A stretch of 64,000 bases of DNA from Flectonema sp. DT1601 (Eukaryota): contig OZ025782.1 in NCBI GenBank assembly GCA_964019425.1, positions 1,488,001 to 1,552,000 of the forward strand. The letters run 5' to 3'. The translations under genes and the position numbers were made by a program. Under the pieces are notes generated by a model. That model was not told where the DNA came from. It ran no database searches and saw only the letters and a list, made by a program, of their open reading frames with translations. Positions 12,516 through 23,216 of this stretch are shown here, piece by piece (position 1 is the first letter of the stretch; every line of letters begins with the position of its first letter).

Positions 12516-14264
12516 TTAAAGAGTTGGTATGACGCTCGCTAATGCAACAGACGGAAGCTCATCATTACTGCAGACTGCAACTGCTAACGGGACCTTTGAA
12601 TTCGAAGGACATGTCGCAGTGAAAGTAAAATGTTTTTCTTTTACGACAGATTGAGATTGCAAATATGTGATTTTATGAGTTCTTGAGAATGTTATTTTCA
12701 CCGTATGCTGACGCTGTCGGTGATTACGAAGTATACAATGGGTTTGGGTAGAATCGAACTTGAGAAGCTGTAAGTCAACACCAGTTAACCCCGGAAGTTC
12801 CATGATCGACATTTTCACCGGCAGAGTCGTATCAGGAGTCACAGCAATAGAATAGTAGGCTGTTTTATAAGACCATGACCACCCTTTTGAAGGATTCTTA
12901 CACGACACAGCGCAGATTCGTTTGCGCTGTCGGTTTGGGGGTACGGTGGCTGTTAGTTTTTGTTCTGTATTATCGCAGAACATAGCATCTCCAAAAGGAA
13001 GTATTTGAGCATTGCTAGATCCTGTGAAATCAATAGTCAGAGAGATAGGATCCTTATTTGTGTTTAATAGGCTAAAAATCCAATCTGTGTTGCCGTCTCC
13101 TTCATCTTTCATTAAGTCGACACCTGGGCCTATGAGATGGTGTTGTGTTTCTGATCTTCCTGTATGGGGGTGCCATTGTATCTTATGATCCCACGTCCAT
13201 AGTCCTTCAGCTTCACGAAGTGCTACACATATAGATGTGATTGCTCTTTTTGAGAGTCTTACTCTGATCTCCTTCCCACTAGTCTCGTGACTAGTTGAAA
13301 TTATTTTACAATTCTTAGCCTGAGTGAAATCAATAAGTATTTGTCCATCAAGTCCACTATTATTAACTGCTTCAAAACCAATAGTAGTCTCACCCAGTCG
13401 GTATGTCAACACTTCAACTAAACTATTGGGCTCAACAGGGACCCTTGACAGCAGACTATCTTCAGACTTTATAGGAAGAAGTGATTCCATCGCTTTCTGA
13501 GGCGGTGATGGTGATGGTGACGGTGATAACGCAGGCTGAGGAACTACTTTATAATTAGCCAAATCATCACCACTCACACTAAACCTTCTCACAGAGACTG
13601 ATGGTGTCCTATCTCTTGTTGGTGTGTTTAAAGAAGGCGGGCTGTTAAAACCGTTCGGTCGGATTCCTGGAGTCCCAGATGATGTCGGAGAGTTTAAAAT
13701 AGCGTCGACTTGGGTTTGAACTGACGCATCTCGCAGTGTACTTTTTTGAGTTGGAGAGGAACTCATATTTTTTTTAGACTTTCCATTCATCGAGTTTGGT
13801 GAGAAGCTCTTAGTTATCCTAGCAGGAGGAGAGGCTGATCTTCGTTGTGGAGATCGTTGCTTTTCAACCCAAGCACTGGTTTTAGTACTTCGAACCCTCT
13901 CCATCGGAGGATACGAATATGGACCAGGAGATCCAAACGAGGGGCTTCCATAAGACATCATAGGAACAGGTGTGATAACAGGTAGTGGTGACTCACCTCT
14001 AGGAACACTACAACTTGCATTCATAAAGCATCTCATTCTCCTACTTGGATCGATAGCTTTTAATTGACATACTTCTTTCTGAACCATACCAGGAAGATGC
14101 ATTGTTATGACTTCTGGAATCACATTCTCCGATCCTCTAAAGTCAACATTGATAGTTGCAGGTGTTATTCCTCTGTTGCTTACAAAAACAACAACTCCAT
14201 TCGGAGCAGCCTGTTTAGACAGCCATACTCCACATCCGTGACTTATCTCACACCATTCTGACAT
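12516..14264 (-). CDS. Hypothetical protein with four degenerate beta-rich repeats and a Ser/Pro linker
   Basis: 582-aa ORF; recurring pattern (hydrophobic)-N-x8-(I/V)DF-x-(G/Q)(S/A)-x-N. Confidence 0.8.
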   Translation of the reverse strand: MSEWCEISHGCGVWLSKQAAPNGVVVFVSNRGITPATINVDFRGSENVIPEVITMHLPGMVQKEVCQLKAIDPSRRMRCFMNASCSVPRGESPLPVITPVPMMSYGSPSFGSPGPYSYPPMERVRSTKTSAWVEKQRSPQRRSASPPARITKSFSPNSMNGKSKKNMSSSPTQKSTLRDASVQTQVDAILNSPTSSGTPGIRPNGFNSPPSLNTPTRDRTPSVSVRRFSVSGDDLANYKVVPQPALSPSPSPSPPQKAMESLLPIKSEDSLLSRVPVEPNSLVEVLTYRLGETTIGFEAVNNSGLDGQILIDFTQAKNCKIISTSHETSGKEIRVRLSKRAITSICVALREAEGLWTWDHKIQWHPHTGRSETQHHLIGPGVDLMKDEGDGNTDWIFSLLNTNKDPISLTIDFTGSSNAQILPFGDAMFCDNTEQKLTATVPPNRQRKRICAVSCKNPSKGWSWSYKTAYYSIAVTPDTTLPVKMSIMELPGLTGVDLQLLKFDSTQTHCILRNHRQRQHTVKITFSRTHKITYLQSQSVVKEKHFTFTATCPSNSKVPLAVAVCSNDELPSVALASVIPTL

Positions 14265-14530
14265 TTATGATATTGAAGTTAAATTAAACCACAACCCAAT
14301 AGATAAACATCGAGTGTGTTCCTGTCATGAGAATGAATCCAAACGATGACATCACAAACTAATTCCATAAAATATTATCCTCCAGACTCTGTGAGTAGAC
14401 CTGTGTGGGGTTGAATGTGAAATGGTACGACCTAACATGTCAATAAAGAGGTTAATCTAAGTGTATATTTCTACTCTAAGTAAAAAGAACTAAACGAAAG
14501 GCAGTTACAAATATAACAACAAGATAACAA

Positions 14531-16378
14531 CTATCCAGAACTTAAAACAAAGGGAGGCCTTGTCGAAGGGTCGTATTGTGGAGGTGGGATCTGCGGAGTT
14601 GGCGGTAAATATCTTGAAGGAGACAACGAACGAACATCAGCATCTGTAGCTCCAAAGTCTGGAGAAAGAGACTGAACCGCTGCTATCTCTGGTGAGGCTA
14701 ACTTACCAAGAGATGCGAGACGGTTCTCAATTTCAAACGAGAAAGCTTCAAATTCAGCATCTGGTGGCACATCCCTACCTGAAGACTCCTCTCTGGTAGC
14801 TACAACTAAAACAGGAGATTCTTCTTCAGGATAGTTACTTCTGTAATACCCACGACTACCACTACTACTTATCACTTTAGCAGGACTCGGACTCACAATT
14901 GAATCACATAAACTACTTGATGGTACGAGTGGAATAGACTTCTTTGAGATTGGGGTCTCTACTCTTCCGTGTGATGTGAATTGAGCTGCCCGATCTCTTC
15001 GAAGTTGATAATTTTCTTTTGTGAGAGCGTCTAGTCTAGACCTCATGTCTTGCATGTTCATTCGATATTCAGAGAATGCCTGTTGGTAGACATCTGTTTT
15101 CTCTCTGTGTTGCTTCTGAGCATCTAACAGAGCATCACGCTCTCCAGAAACACTTGATATCCTCGACAGTAAATGTTCAACACGTTCGTGATGTTGAGCT
15201 CTCGATGATTCTTCTCTCTCTCGTATGTCTTCAACTGTGTTAGTTAGTTGTTCAATCTCAACAGCCATTTCCTTTCTCTGACGTTCAATTGCCGTTACCA
15301 AATTAGGAGATGACGTAGTCTGAGTATTATTCTGACACGCTTTTAAGAGAGTTTCAACCGATACAGTGAGATCTCCCTGGGAATCGAACTTGATGTCATT
15401 TGAAACGTCAATAGCTGGACTTTTATTTTCAAATGAGCAATCATCTCCATAACCATCCTCAATGTGACTGATTGTTCTACTCATGCTGTAACGTTCTCCA
15501 CGAAGAGCTGATGACATCGCTTCTGTTTGTGGGATCACCTGACCACATTCAGCAGCTAAGCTGCACATTTTATAAGATATCGCTAATTGGAGTTTTGATA
15601 CTTCTCTTGTTTGATTTATTTGAAATGCCATGTGTCGCAGACCAAGTAGAAGGGCTGCACCCTCACCCATTCCAGGATCGATTGTCTTTGTCTCAGCTCT
15701 CCATTGTTTTAAATCAGCCCACAGACCATGAACAAGTTTAGTATGATCTTCTAAGTCTTTTGCGGTTTCAGCTTTTGTTGCTGGTGATTCCGGGTTGGGG
15801 ATGTCAAATGGAGATGTCTTGTAAGGAGGGTTTGGTGATTGTAATCCAGCACTAACCGACTTGTCACTTGTTTCAATTGGTGTTGACTGATGAACAGCAG
15901 ATGCAGATCTTGAATTGCTGTGGTTCAATTCTGGAGGAGCAAAATCCAACGGTGACTGAGACGTAAACCATCCAGGTACATTAGTAGTTACTCTCTTAAG
16001 TGGATGAGGTTGTCTTGAGTTGCTGTGTGTTACTGAGGCATCACCTGTTGAAGAACATACGTCGCTATCAACTTTTTGATCAACTCCAGCAATAACACTA
16101 CTTCCTCTTCTTGAATTATCAACACATTCACTAACCCTTTTCTGAACATGTTGGATCTGATGTGCCTGATTTGGAGGAACGACGCTTACCGCTCTGTTTA
16201 AAGAACGTGAGCTATTCTCAACTCGATATGCAACACCTTCTCCTTCTGACATGTCTGTGTTGCGTCTTGCTCTTGTATTTCCCTTTAGCGTTGCAGCTAT
16301 TAAATGACTGCTTTCTTCTGTATCAAGAATACCCTGAATACGAGACATTGGTGTTGTCGCTTCTGAAGGAAGTGACAT
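14531..16378 (-). CDS. Hypothetical coiled-coil protein with disordered termini
   Basis: 615-aa ORF; heptad-like charged stretch at aa ~360-465; pyrimidine-rich acceptor …TATTTCTTCCTCAACACACAG just upstream. Confidence 0.8.
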   Translation of the reverse strand: MSLPSEATTPMSRIQGILDTEESSHLIAATLKGNTRARRNTDMSEGEGVAYRVENSSRSLNRAVSVVPPNQAHQIQHVQKRVSECVDNSRRGSSVIAGVDQKVDSDVCSSTGDASVTHSNSRQPHPLKRVTTNVPGWFTSQSPLDFAPPELNHSNSRSASAVHQSTPIETSDKSVSAGLQSPNPPYKTSPFDIPNPESPATKAETAKDLEDHTKLVHGLWADLKQWRAETKTIDPGMGEGAALLLGLRHMAFQINQTREVSKLQLAISYKMCSLAAECGQVIPQTEAMSSALRGERYSMSRTISHIEDGYGDDCSFENKSPAIDVSNDIKFDSQGDLTVSVETLLKACQNNTQTTSSPNLVTAIERQRKEMAVEIEQLTNTVEDIREREESSRAQHHERVEHLLSRISSVSGERDALLDAQKQHREKTDVYQQAFSEYRMNMQDMRSRLDALTKENYQLRRDRAAQFTSHGRVETPISKKSIPLVPSSSLCDSIVSPSPAKVISSSGSRGYYRSNYPEEESPVLVVATREESSGRDVPPDAEFEAFSFEIENRLASLGKLASPEIAAVQSLSPDFGATDADVRSLSPSRYLPPTPQIPPPQYDPSTRPPFVLSSG

Positions 16379-17167
16379 CAGGTGACTGTGTGTTGAGGAA
16401 GAAATATATATGTTTTTGTTCAGAGGGATTGCTTACGATAATCGATAAGTTGAAAAACCTAATAATATGAAAATATTAGATTATAATTATCTAAATAAAC
16501 TGTTGCTTGGCATGTTGAAAGCAGCGTGGTATGCATCTTTCAACATCTAAATACAAAGCAGACCCATAGGTACTTCTTGAATGAAGTTGCCCTTTGCGAT
16601 TCCCGCTCGTTATGTTTCTTTTTTTTTTTTTTTTTTTTTTTTTCATTCAAAAAAAAAGAGTAAGATTCCTTAATCTGAAGGGACACACCACTCCTTTCAT
16701 AAGGGGACGTAAACCCAGAAAGCGATGTCGCTTTTCTTATTATTCAGCCTTTTTTTTTTTTTTTTTGAGAAAAAAAAAAAACTGTAATTCATTTATCGTT
16801 TATCCGTTTGAAAGACACGAATCATGAGAAGAGCTCATATTAGGTGAGAAGAAAATAAACTACAAAAAAAAAAAAAAAAAAAAAAAAAGAGTTGGCAATA
16901 TGATTACCTTTTTTTTTTTTTTTTTTTTCCGGTTTTTTTTAGTCACATGTTCAATAAAAACTGTACGATAACGTGCGGGTTAGAAAAGACCATTGATCAT
17001 ACTTATCTTAAAGTTAAAGAAGGAAGGGAAAAAAAACAGATGGTTTGTCTTCTCACAGGGATCACTTTGACTTCCCCTTCTTGAGACACAAGTGAATACA
17101 TCGGAAGGGATCGATCCCCACAAAAAAATATCAAAGGGGAAAAAGGAGAACAAGAACACGAGCACTC

Positions 17168-18232
17168 TTATAATTTAGACACAATCAAGTTGTTACGGTT
17201 TTGGATAATAGCAGCAGCCTCTGTTACGAGTTGGTCAACAATTTCCTTAGCTGGAGCAATGCTCTTGACACCTCCACATGCCTGACCAACTAGAAGAGGG
17301 TGAGTCTTCGCGACTGACCAACGCTCTCCAGCTGCAAGAGTCCGCTTGCGGTCCCACGCGATCGGAAGCTGTCCCTCTGCAGTCAGTTCACTGATACGCT
17401 GAGGCTGAGCTTCCCATTTGTTTACGATGTCTGTTTTAATAACACGAAGAGGACGACCAGTGTAAATAAGAGTACGGACAGTGTCGGTAGCAGCGCCTTC
17501 GACGACGCTGTTCTTGTGACGAGTAGATGTCGTCGCTTCCTTTGAAGCGATAAAACGAGTGCCTACCCAAACAGCTTCAGCTCCCAGAGAAAGAGAAGCA
17601 GCGACACCTCTTCCATCAAAGATTCCACCAGCAGCTACAACATGAACTGGTCCACCAGTGAGAGGTGATGTCGCTCCCTTTGCAGCTTCAACACAAAGAG
17701 GGATGAGTGCCATAGTTCCAATCTCTCCTGTGTGACCTCCACCTTCATATCCCTGACAACAAACAATATCCATTCCAACAGAGATTGCTTTCTTTACGTG
17801 TTTTGGGTGTCCACACATATTCATACAAAGAATTCCATGCTGATGGAGTTTATCGACAACCCACTTTGGAGGGATACCAACAGCACTGATAAATAGTCTA
17901 GCTTTACTCTCAATGATTACATTAATGAGTTCTGGAAGTGATCCTTCTGTGTAGTCGTAGTTAGTCTTTCTAGCGCTTCCACCAACTTGTGGGAGAAGAA
18001 GATCAACACCGAAACAAGTCTTGTCAACTAACTGTGCCTTTAGTTTAGCGATTTCCGCTCTCAACATCTTTGGAGTTAAAAGAACACCTCCAATGCTACC
18101 AATTCCTCCTGCGTTACTGACAGCAGCAGCGAGATCAGCTCCAGAAACGTTGTTCATACCTGCTAACATTATTGGATGTTTAATCTTTAGCAAGTCAGTT
18201 AGGGACGTCTTGATAACTTGTGGGCTACTCAT
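17168..18232 (-). CDS. Nitronate monooxygenase / 2-nitropropane dioxygenase-like flavoprotein with C-terminal PTS1 (SKL)
   Basis: I.HPIMLAGM, LAAAVSNAGGIG, QGYEGGGHTG, VVAAGGIFDGRG, LGAEAVWVGTRF; ends …IVSKL*. First ATG is 18232. Confidence 0.88.
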   Translation of the reverse strand: MSSPQVIKTSLTDLLKIKHPIMLAGMNNVSGADLAAAVSNAGGIGSIGGVLLTPKMLRAEIAKLKAQLVDKTCFGVDLLLPQVGGSARKTNYDYTEGSLPELINVIIESKARLFISAVGIPPKWVVDKLHQHGILCMNMCGHPKHVKKAISVGMDIVCCQGYEGGGHTGEIGTMALIPLCVEAAKGATSPLTGGPVHVVAAGGIFDGRGVAASLSLGAEAVWVGTRFIASKEATTSTRHKNSVVEGAATDTVRTLIYTGRPLRVIKTDIVNKWEAQPQRISELTAEGQLPIAWDRKRTLAAGERWSVAKTHPLLVGQACGGVKSIAPAKEIVDQLVTEAAAIIQNRNNLIVSKL

Positions 18233-18591
18233 TTTTGTTGTTTTTGGTTTTATCCGTATCGTTTTACTGTTGGTAAAAATAATAAAGTTAATAATCAAAC
18301 AGTGCAAGCAATCATCACAATGAGTTTACTCTTTATCATCCACAACAATTATAGATGACTAGTATGTCAAAGGAGAAAATATTTCGCAAAGTACACCCAC
18401 TGACAAAGACCAGAGGATGTTTTTTTTTTTTTTTTTTTTTTTACTTTTTTTTTTTTTTTATTCGCTCGCTTATTTCTTACAAGAAGATATATCGCAATTA
18501 AAATCGAGGTGTTAAAAATATATTTATTGGGAACGTGTCAGCACTCTCATGCGAGAGAAGACAATGCCACAAGCTAGTAAAAGCCAAGGTA

Positions 18592-18629
<38 letters not shown>

Positions 18630-18638
18630 TGTCAAAAA

Positions 18639-19295
18639 TTATGCAGGTGGTTCAGCGTGTCTTACAACTACGTGATCACCGTCGTTGAGCAAGCTCACAG
18701 CGCCGTATATCTCACCAGAGCCTTGGAGGTCGGCAAATCCGGCTTTGCCTAGTTTTTTTCCATTCTTGTAGACGTACATAGCAGGTCCAGACATTAATAT
18801 CCCAATAACGTCTCCTTGCTTACATTGTTCTGCGAAATCGATATCAGCTCCTTTGTGGTAGACGTGTCCATACTTGCTGCCGTAGCCCCATGAGAATGCG
18901 GATGTTCCGAGAAAATTATCTTTCGGCATATTTTCGAGAGTTAGTCCAAGAACGATTTGTTGATTAACGGCTCTCTTCAATTTCTTAAGTGTGAACTCCC
19001 AATACTTTCTGGAACCGATTCCTACACCAGGTTTTAATCTAGCAGTGTTCCACTTTCCATCGTTGCCTACTTTTTTTAAACTCAGTCCCCCATGTGATAC
19101 TTCAAAATAAGGAGCCTTTGTAACAAATCCTCCCAACGGATCCATAGGACCCGATGCCTTTCTCGCCTTTGGGCTTTCTGATGGACTGCCTCCTGAAAAC
19201 ACAGATGTGAATGGTGCATTCGGATCAGCATTTCTACAGGCGTCCATAACATCTTGAACAGTCATACGAGAGAGTAAACCCTCGAGTGATGACAT
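18639..19295 (-). CDS. SPRY-domain protein
   Basis: KYWEF, IVLGLT, FLG..AFSWGY, GDVIGIL, YVYKNG..LG, IYGAVSL. Confidence 0.8.
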   Translation of the reverse strand: MSSLEGLLSRMTVQDVMDACRNADPNAPFTSVFSGGSPSESPKARKASGPMDPLGGFVTKAPYFEVSHGGLSLKKVGNDGKWNTARLKPGVGIGSRKYWEFTLKKLKRAVNQQIVLGLTLENMPKDNFLGTSAFSWGYGSKYGHVYHKGADIDFAEQCKQGDVIGILMSGPAMYVYKNGKKLGKAGFADLQGSGEIYGAVSLLNDGDHVVVRHAEPPA

Positions 19296-19460
19296 TTGGT
19301 TAGGTTTGTATGTAATACCTGAAGGGTGTTAGAAGTAAGTGATTATTAGTAGTAAAAATAAAAAGTTAAAAATCCATCGTAAAAGTGTAACAATGTCATT
19401 TCATTGAAGTTGTAAAAGTGACCATGAATGTGGTTGTGGTTAATTGATATCAGTAGTATA

Positions 19461-19676
19461 TTAGATCCAGGAAAGTCCTTTGGGCTCACCAGCTTTTAAT
19501 TTCTTCTCCCATAAATCACCAGATATATGACTGCCATAGCCACTCTCTTTACAACTTCCGTCATCTACCAACCCGCCTGTCACACGCCAATTCCCTGCCG
19601 GAAGCTGAAACTCTTCACACTGATGACCTGCACTGTTACGGTGCAGGCGGTGGTATGCTCCGGGTTTATCTGACAT
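19461..19676 (-). CDS. Small hypothetical protein (71 aa)
   Basis: ATG-started, coding-like composition, on the cluster strand, with …TATTTTAACAG 18 nt upstream. Confidence 0.45.
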   Translation of the reverse strand: MSDKPGAYHRLHRNSAGHQCEEFQLPAGNWRVTGGLVDDGSCKESGYGSHISGDLWEKKLKAGEPKGLSWI

Positions 19677-19815
19677 TTGTGTAAGAAGTACTTCCTGTTA
19701 AAATAGATACAAAGTATAATATATTCACATTCTTAAACATCACTAAGATGGTTGTCATTTCTAAATTCTAATGTGGAATGGAATACAAAAGAAGGTATCG
19801 TCAGGCATCTCAGAT

Positions 19816-20374
19816 CTATTTTTCTATTTGTTGGAGTAGAGCTTGAATTTGGGTAAGTTGTTTTCGGGTGTCAAAGTTCTGTTTTTCAATATTTTTTTTT
19901 TTTTTTACAAAATAATCACATCTTGACAAGCAAGTATACCTTTTGAATCCCCTTCATACAAGCAGTGAAGATGTCTTCTATGTCAGAACGAAGTTGTTTA
20001 AATGAATCTGTTGTAGCAGTTCTGTGGTCGTCTTCAAGTTGTAGTCGCCGTCGCTTAATATTTTCATGAGTTGAATTGATCGACTGTGCCTTTGATATAC
20101 ATATCGATAACTCTTTCAATTTTAATTCCAATTCAGTTGTTATACTGTTCGTCACATCATCACATTGCTGTACCGCCGTAGCCCACTTTTTTATTACATT
20201 AATTTCTTCTTCTCGATCGTTTTTTGAATTTTGTAACATCGAAATACACTCTTCTTCAACCATCGTCAACAACGACTTGCTTGTACTTATTTTCTCAATC
20301 GGCTTTGAAATTGTTTTATGTAGTAGTTTCGCCATTTGGAACAAATCTTCATCAGCGGTGGGTGTTTTAGACAT
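19816..20374 (-). CDS. Hypothetical helical/coiled-coil protein; exons 20374-19940, 19878-19816
   Basis: ORF plus a 61-nt intron giving an in-frame last exon NFDTRKQLTQIQALLQQIEK*. Confidence 0.65.
19879..19939 (-). other. Spliceosomal intron, 61 nt
   Basis: GTATAC…(A)n-TATTGAAAAACAG, phase 0. Confidence 0.65.
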
Positions 20375-20811
20375 CACGAACTAAAAACCTATAAAAAAAG
20401 AAATAAGAATAAAGCAAAAAGAAAAACGTCTGACCAATACAACATGACTAGGGGAGACGATTTCTTCCCATCAAACCAAAGCAGGTGGTTCACAGTTAGG
20501 TTAGTCTAAACTGTAACAAAGAACCAGACGATTTTTAAAAAAACGACTAACTAATACTTTCTTTGATATTAAGCATACGGCAAAACTTATGAACCGTCGA
20601 ACAAGTAGAGCCTATCCAGGGAATTCCACTACTTGCTTGTACCTCATAAAACAAAACATAAAAACATGCATCATAAACACCAACGACAGAAGCAATGGAA
20701 GTGGCCACCACCTTCCAGAAGATTCATTCACCATATCAAAAACACTGAAGGGAGAAGTAATTAAGTTTCAGATGCAATATAAAAAACATCCACAACAAGT
20801 GTTTCACAGGT

Positions 20812-21753
20812 CTACGTGACACACATTTGTTTGATCATGTGATGCGCATGCCTTCCTTCAGAGTAATAATTAAGTATGAGATCCTCACACTTGAATCCAA
20901 CTGATTCGTATAATGAAATAGCTCCATCACGAGTTGTGTCAACGTGAAGACAACATCCTTTGAGACGAGCTGATTGTATTCTTACAAACGAAGCATCCAA
21001 CAACATTCTTGCAATCCCTTGTCTTCGATGTGAAGAACTAACAGCGAGTTTGATAACGCAGGCTTCAGGTGAGGTCATCGTATAAAGTAAATAACCCACT
21101 AGTGTGTTGTTGCTGGAGTCCGTCGCTATTACTACTTTTGTATTTCTTTTACTTACTTCACGAGGCATGTCCATGATTTCATTCTTTGGAAATATTTTTT
21201 TCTCTAAAGAGATTATCTTTTGAAGCTGATCTGAAGAAACTTTTTCACAATGTTCAATTCTGATATCAGGATTTCTCTTCGTTGATGATGATGCGGTTTG
21301 CAGTAGTTTAATAATTTCACGATTACCTTTTTTGAGAGCCATTTGAAGTGGAGAAAATTTAAAAAAAGAATCAACCAAGTGAATGTCTTTAGACAAACAC
21401 CACCTGACTTGGTCGATTGATTGCGCAGCTACTGCTGCATGCAGGCAGGTACAGCCATATGAATCTAACTGGAAAGGATCGATCATCAATTGAGACGCAG
21501 CATAGTGACTCACATCAATATTATTTTGTTTCATTGAGTAAAACAGAATACCTCTTTCATTAGCATCTACGGCTGTTGGATCGTAACCGAGTTCTTTGCA
21601 TGCTTTGATCATAGCGATATTACCAAGAGAAGCATAGCAATGAATAAGACTGCAGTCGTTATCTCCTCTAAACGATGTGATGGCAGATGGAGTTTTCTTA
21701 ATTAGTTGACGAAGAGAGGTTGGCGTTTGTTGTGATACGTCAAACGATGTCAT
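20812..21753 (-). CDS. Ankyrin-repeat + GNAT (RimI-like) acetyltransferase fusion
   Basis: Ankyrin motifs (SLIHCYASLGN, GCTCLHAAV, SPLQMALKKGNREIIKLL); GNAT motifs (KLAVSSSHRRQGIA, LHVD…AISLYESVGF, NYYSEGRHA). Confidence 0.85.
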   Translation of the reverse strand: MTSFDVSQQTPTSLRQLIKKTPSAITSFRGDNDCSLIHCYASLGNIAMIKACKELGYDPTAVDANERGILFYSMKQNNIDVSHYAASQLMIDPFQLDSYGCTCLHAAVAAQSIDQVRWCLSKDIHLVDSFFKFSPLQMALKKGNREIIKLLQTASSSTKRNPDIRIEHCEKVSSDQLQKIISLEKKIFPKNEIMDMPREVSKRNTKVVIATDSSNNTLVGYLLYTMTSPEACVIKLAVSSSHRRQGIARMLLDASFVRIQSARLKGCCLHVDTTRDGAISLYESVGFKCEDLILNYYSEGRHAHHMIKQMCVT

Positions 21754-22162
21754 CCTAATAACTAAACCGTTTTTTAAAAAACTATAATTCGAAAAAAAAA
21801 AAAAAAAAAAAAAAATACTATTTTCACAAAATATTCACCAGTCTATTCATATAGTTTGTATTACCTCTGTTAGGGAACTATTGTGGTAAAGGTCAAACAG
21901 TCTTCATGTTGTAAATATCAATAGTGACTTTCTAAAACTATAGAAGACACGATGGAATATATAGATCTCAGAAGATAATTATAACCTTCTTCAAAACACG
22001 CGGCTCACATGGAAACACCATAGTACAGGGTGACGTTTTGTTGTTGTTGTTGTTGTGGTAGACGTTTGGTTTTAGCCGCTGTACCTCCTTCAGTGATGGT
22101 CAAAAAAGATCACATCAACAAACATAACTAAATAAGATTCAATTATATTAATCATGTCAAAA

Positions 22163-22701
22163 TTAGAGAACCAATCCCTCGACTTCCTCAATCTCAAGTA
22201 AAACTCCTGAAGTAGTTTTTGGATGAAAGAACAATACCGGATTACCATGTGCTCCAATTTTTGTATTTTCAGAGAGTGGTTTTAGTCCGTTTGCAATAGC
22301 TTCCTTTCGTGATTCCTGTTTTTTGATTTAATTTTGATGAATTAGAATGAAAAATTAACAGTCTAGTCTATAATACATACCTCAATATTGGCTACCTCAA
22401 CACATATGTGATGAATACCACCGACTGGGTTCTTTTTTATGAAACTTCCAACTGGCGATGACTCGCCTAATGGATGTAAAAGTTCTAACTTTGTGTTTGC
22501 CAACTCTACGAAAACGGTTGTAACTCCGTGTTCTGGAAGGTCAAACGGCTCGCTTACTTTCGCATTAAACATGTCTTTGTATGGCTGTGCTGCCTTCATG
22601 ATGCATTGCTCTTTTGGTACAGCAATAGCAACGTGTCCGAGACGACCCTTAATTGGGAGGTTGCTACTACAGAATCCCCTTCTGACGGCGTTGCGAAACA
22701 T
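22163..22701 (-). CDS. MCEE: Methylmalonyl-CoA epimerase, mitochondrial-type; exons 22701-22381, 22315-22163 (157 aa)
   Basis: LGHVAIAVP, LPEHGVTTVFV, KLELLHPLG, GGIHHICVEV; exon 2 supplies KIGAHGNPVLFFHPKTTSGVLLEIEE; Arg-rich presequence MFRNAVRR. Confidence 0.93.
22316..22380 (-). other. Spliceosomal intron, 65 nt (MCEE)
   Basis: GTATGT…TTCTAAT…AAATCAAAAAACAG; joins two conserved MCEE halves in frame. Confidence 0.9.
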
Positions 22702-23216
22702 TTTTTTTTTTTCCTGAACCAAATTATATAATAAAACTTTAATGCAAAAAAAACAAAGAAAAACAGAGAAGGCAAATGCTACGAAGCTAGTTAGTCACAG
22801 GTGGTTAATTAGAGATTTGAATATTGAAAACACCACAACTGATTCCAGTCTTTTCACGCATCGTAAAATAACTGTCGAGTAAATTCAATAAAATTAAATA
22901 TCCTTCAGAACTATAATTATCTCTAATCAGTTATTCTTCACCACAAGAGCGTCTGTCACAAATCAACATCATTTGTGAAGAAGTCTGCAAAGACAGGGGG
23001 GATGAAATTATAACTTCACACCGACATACTCAACCAAACTACCCAGCTGCCTTGACAATAGTTTGTCATGTGCTGTGGTGCATAAAATGTGATGGGGTTG
23101 GGGTTGCTCAGTTGTGAGACAGGTTAGTGAAGACAACTGGGAAACCAAATAAGACTAACCCGTCATCTGTTTGTAAATTGATAACCAACTCTCAAGTAAA
23201 TCATTTCACAGTAGTA

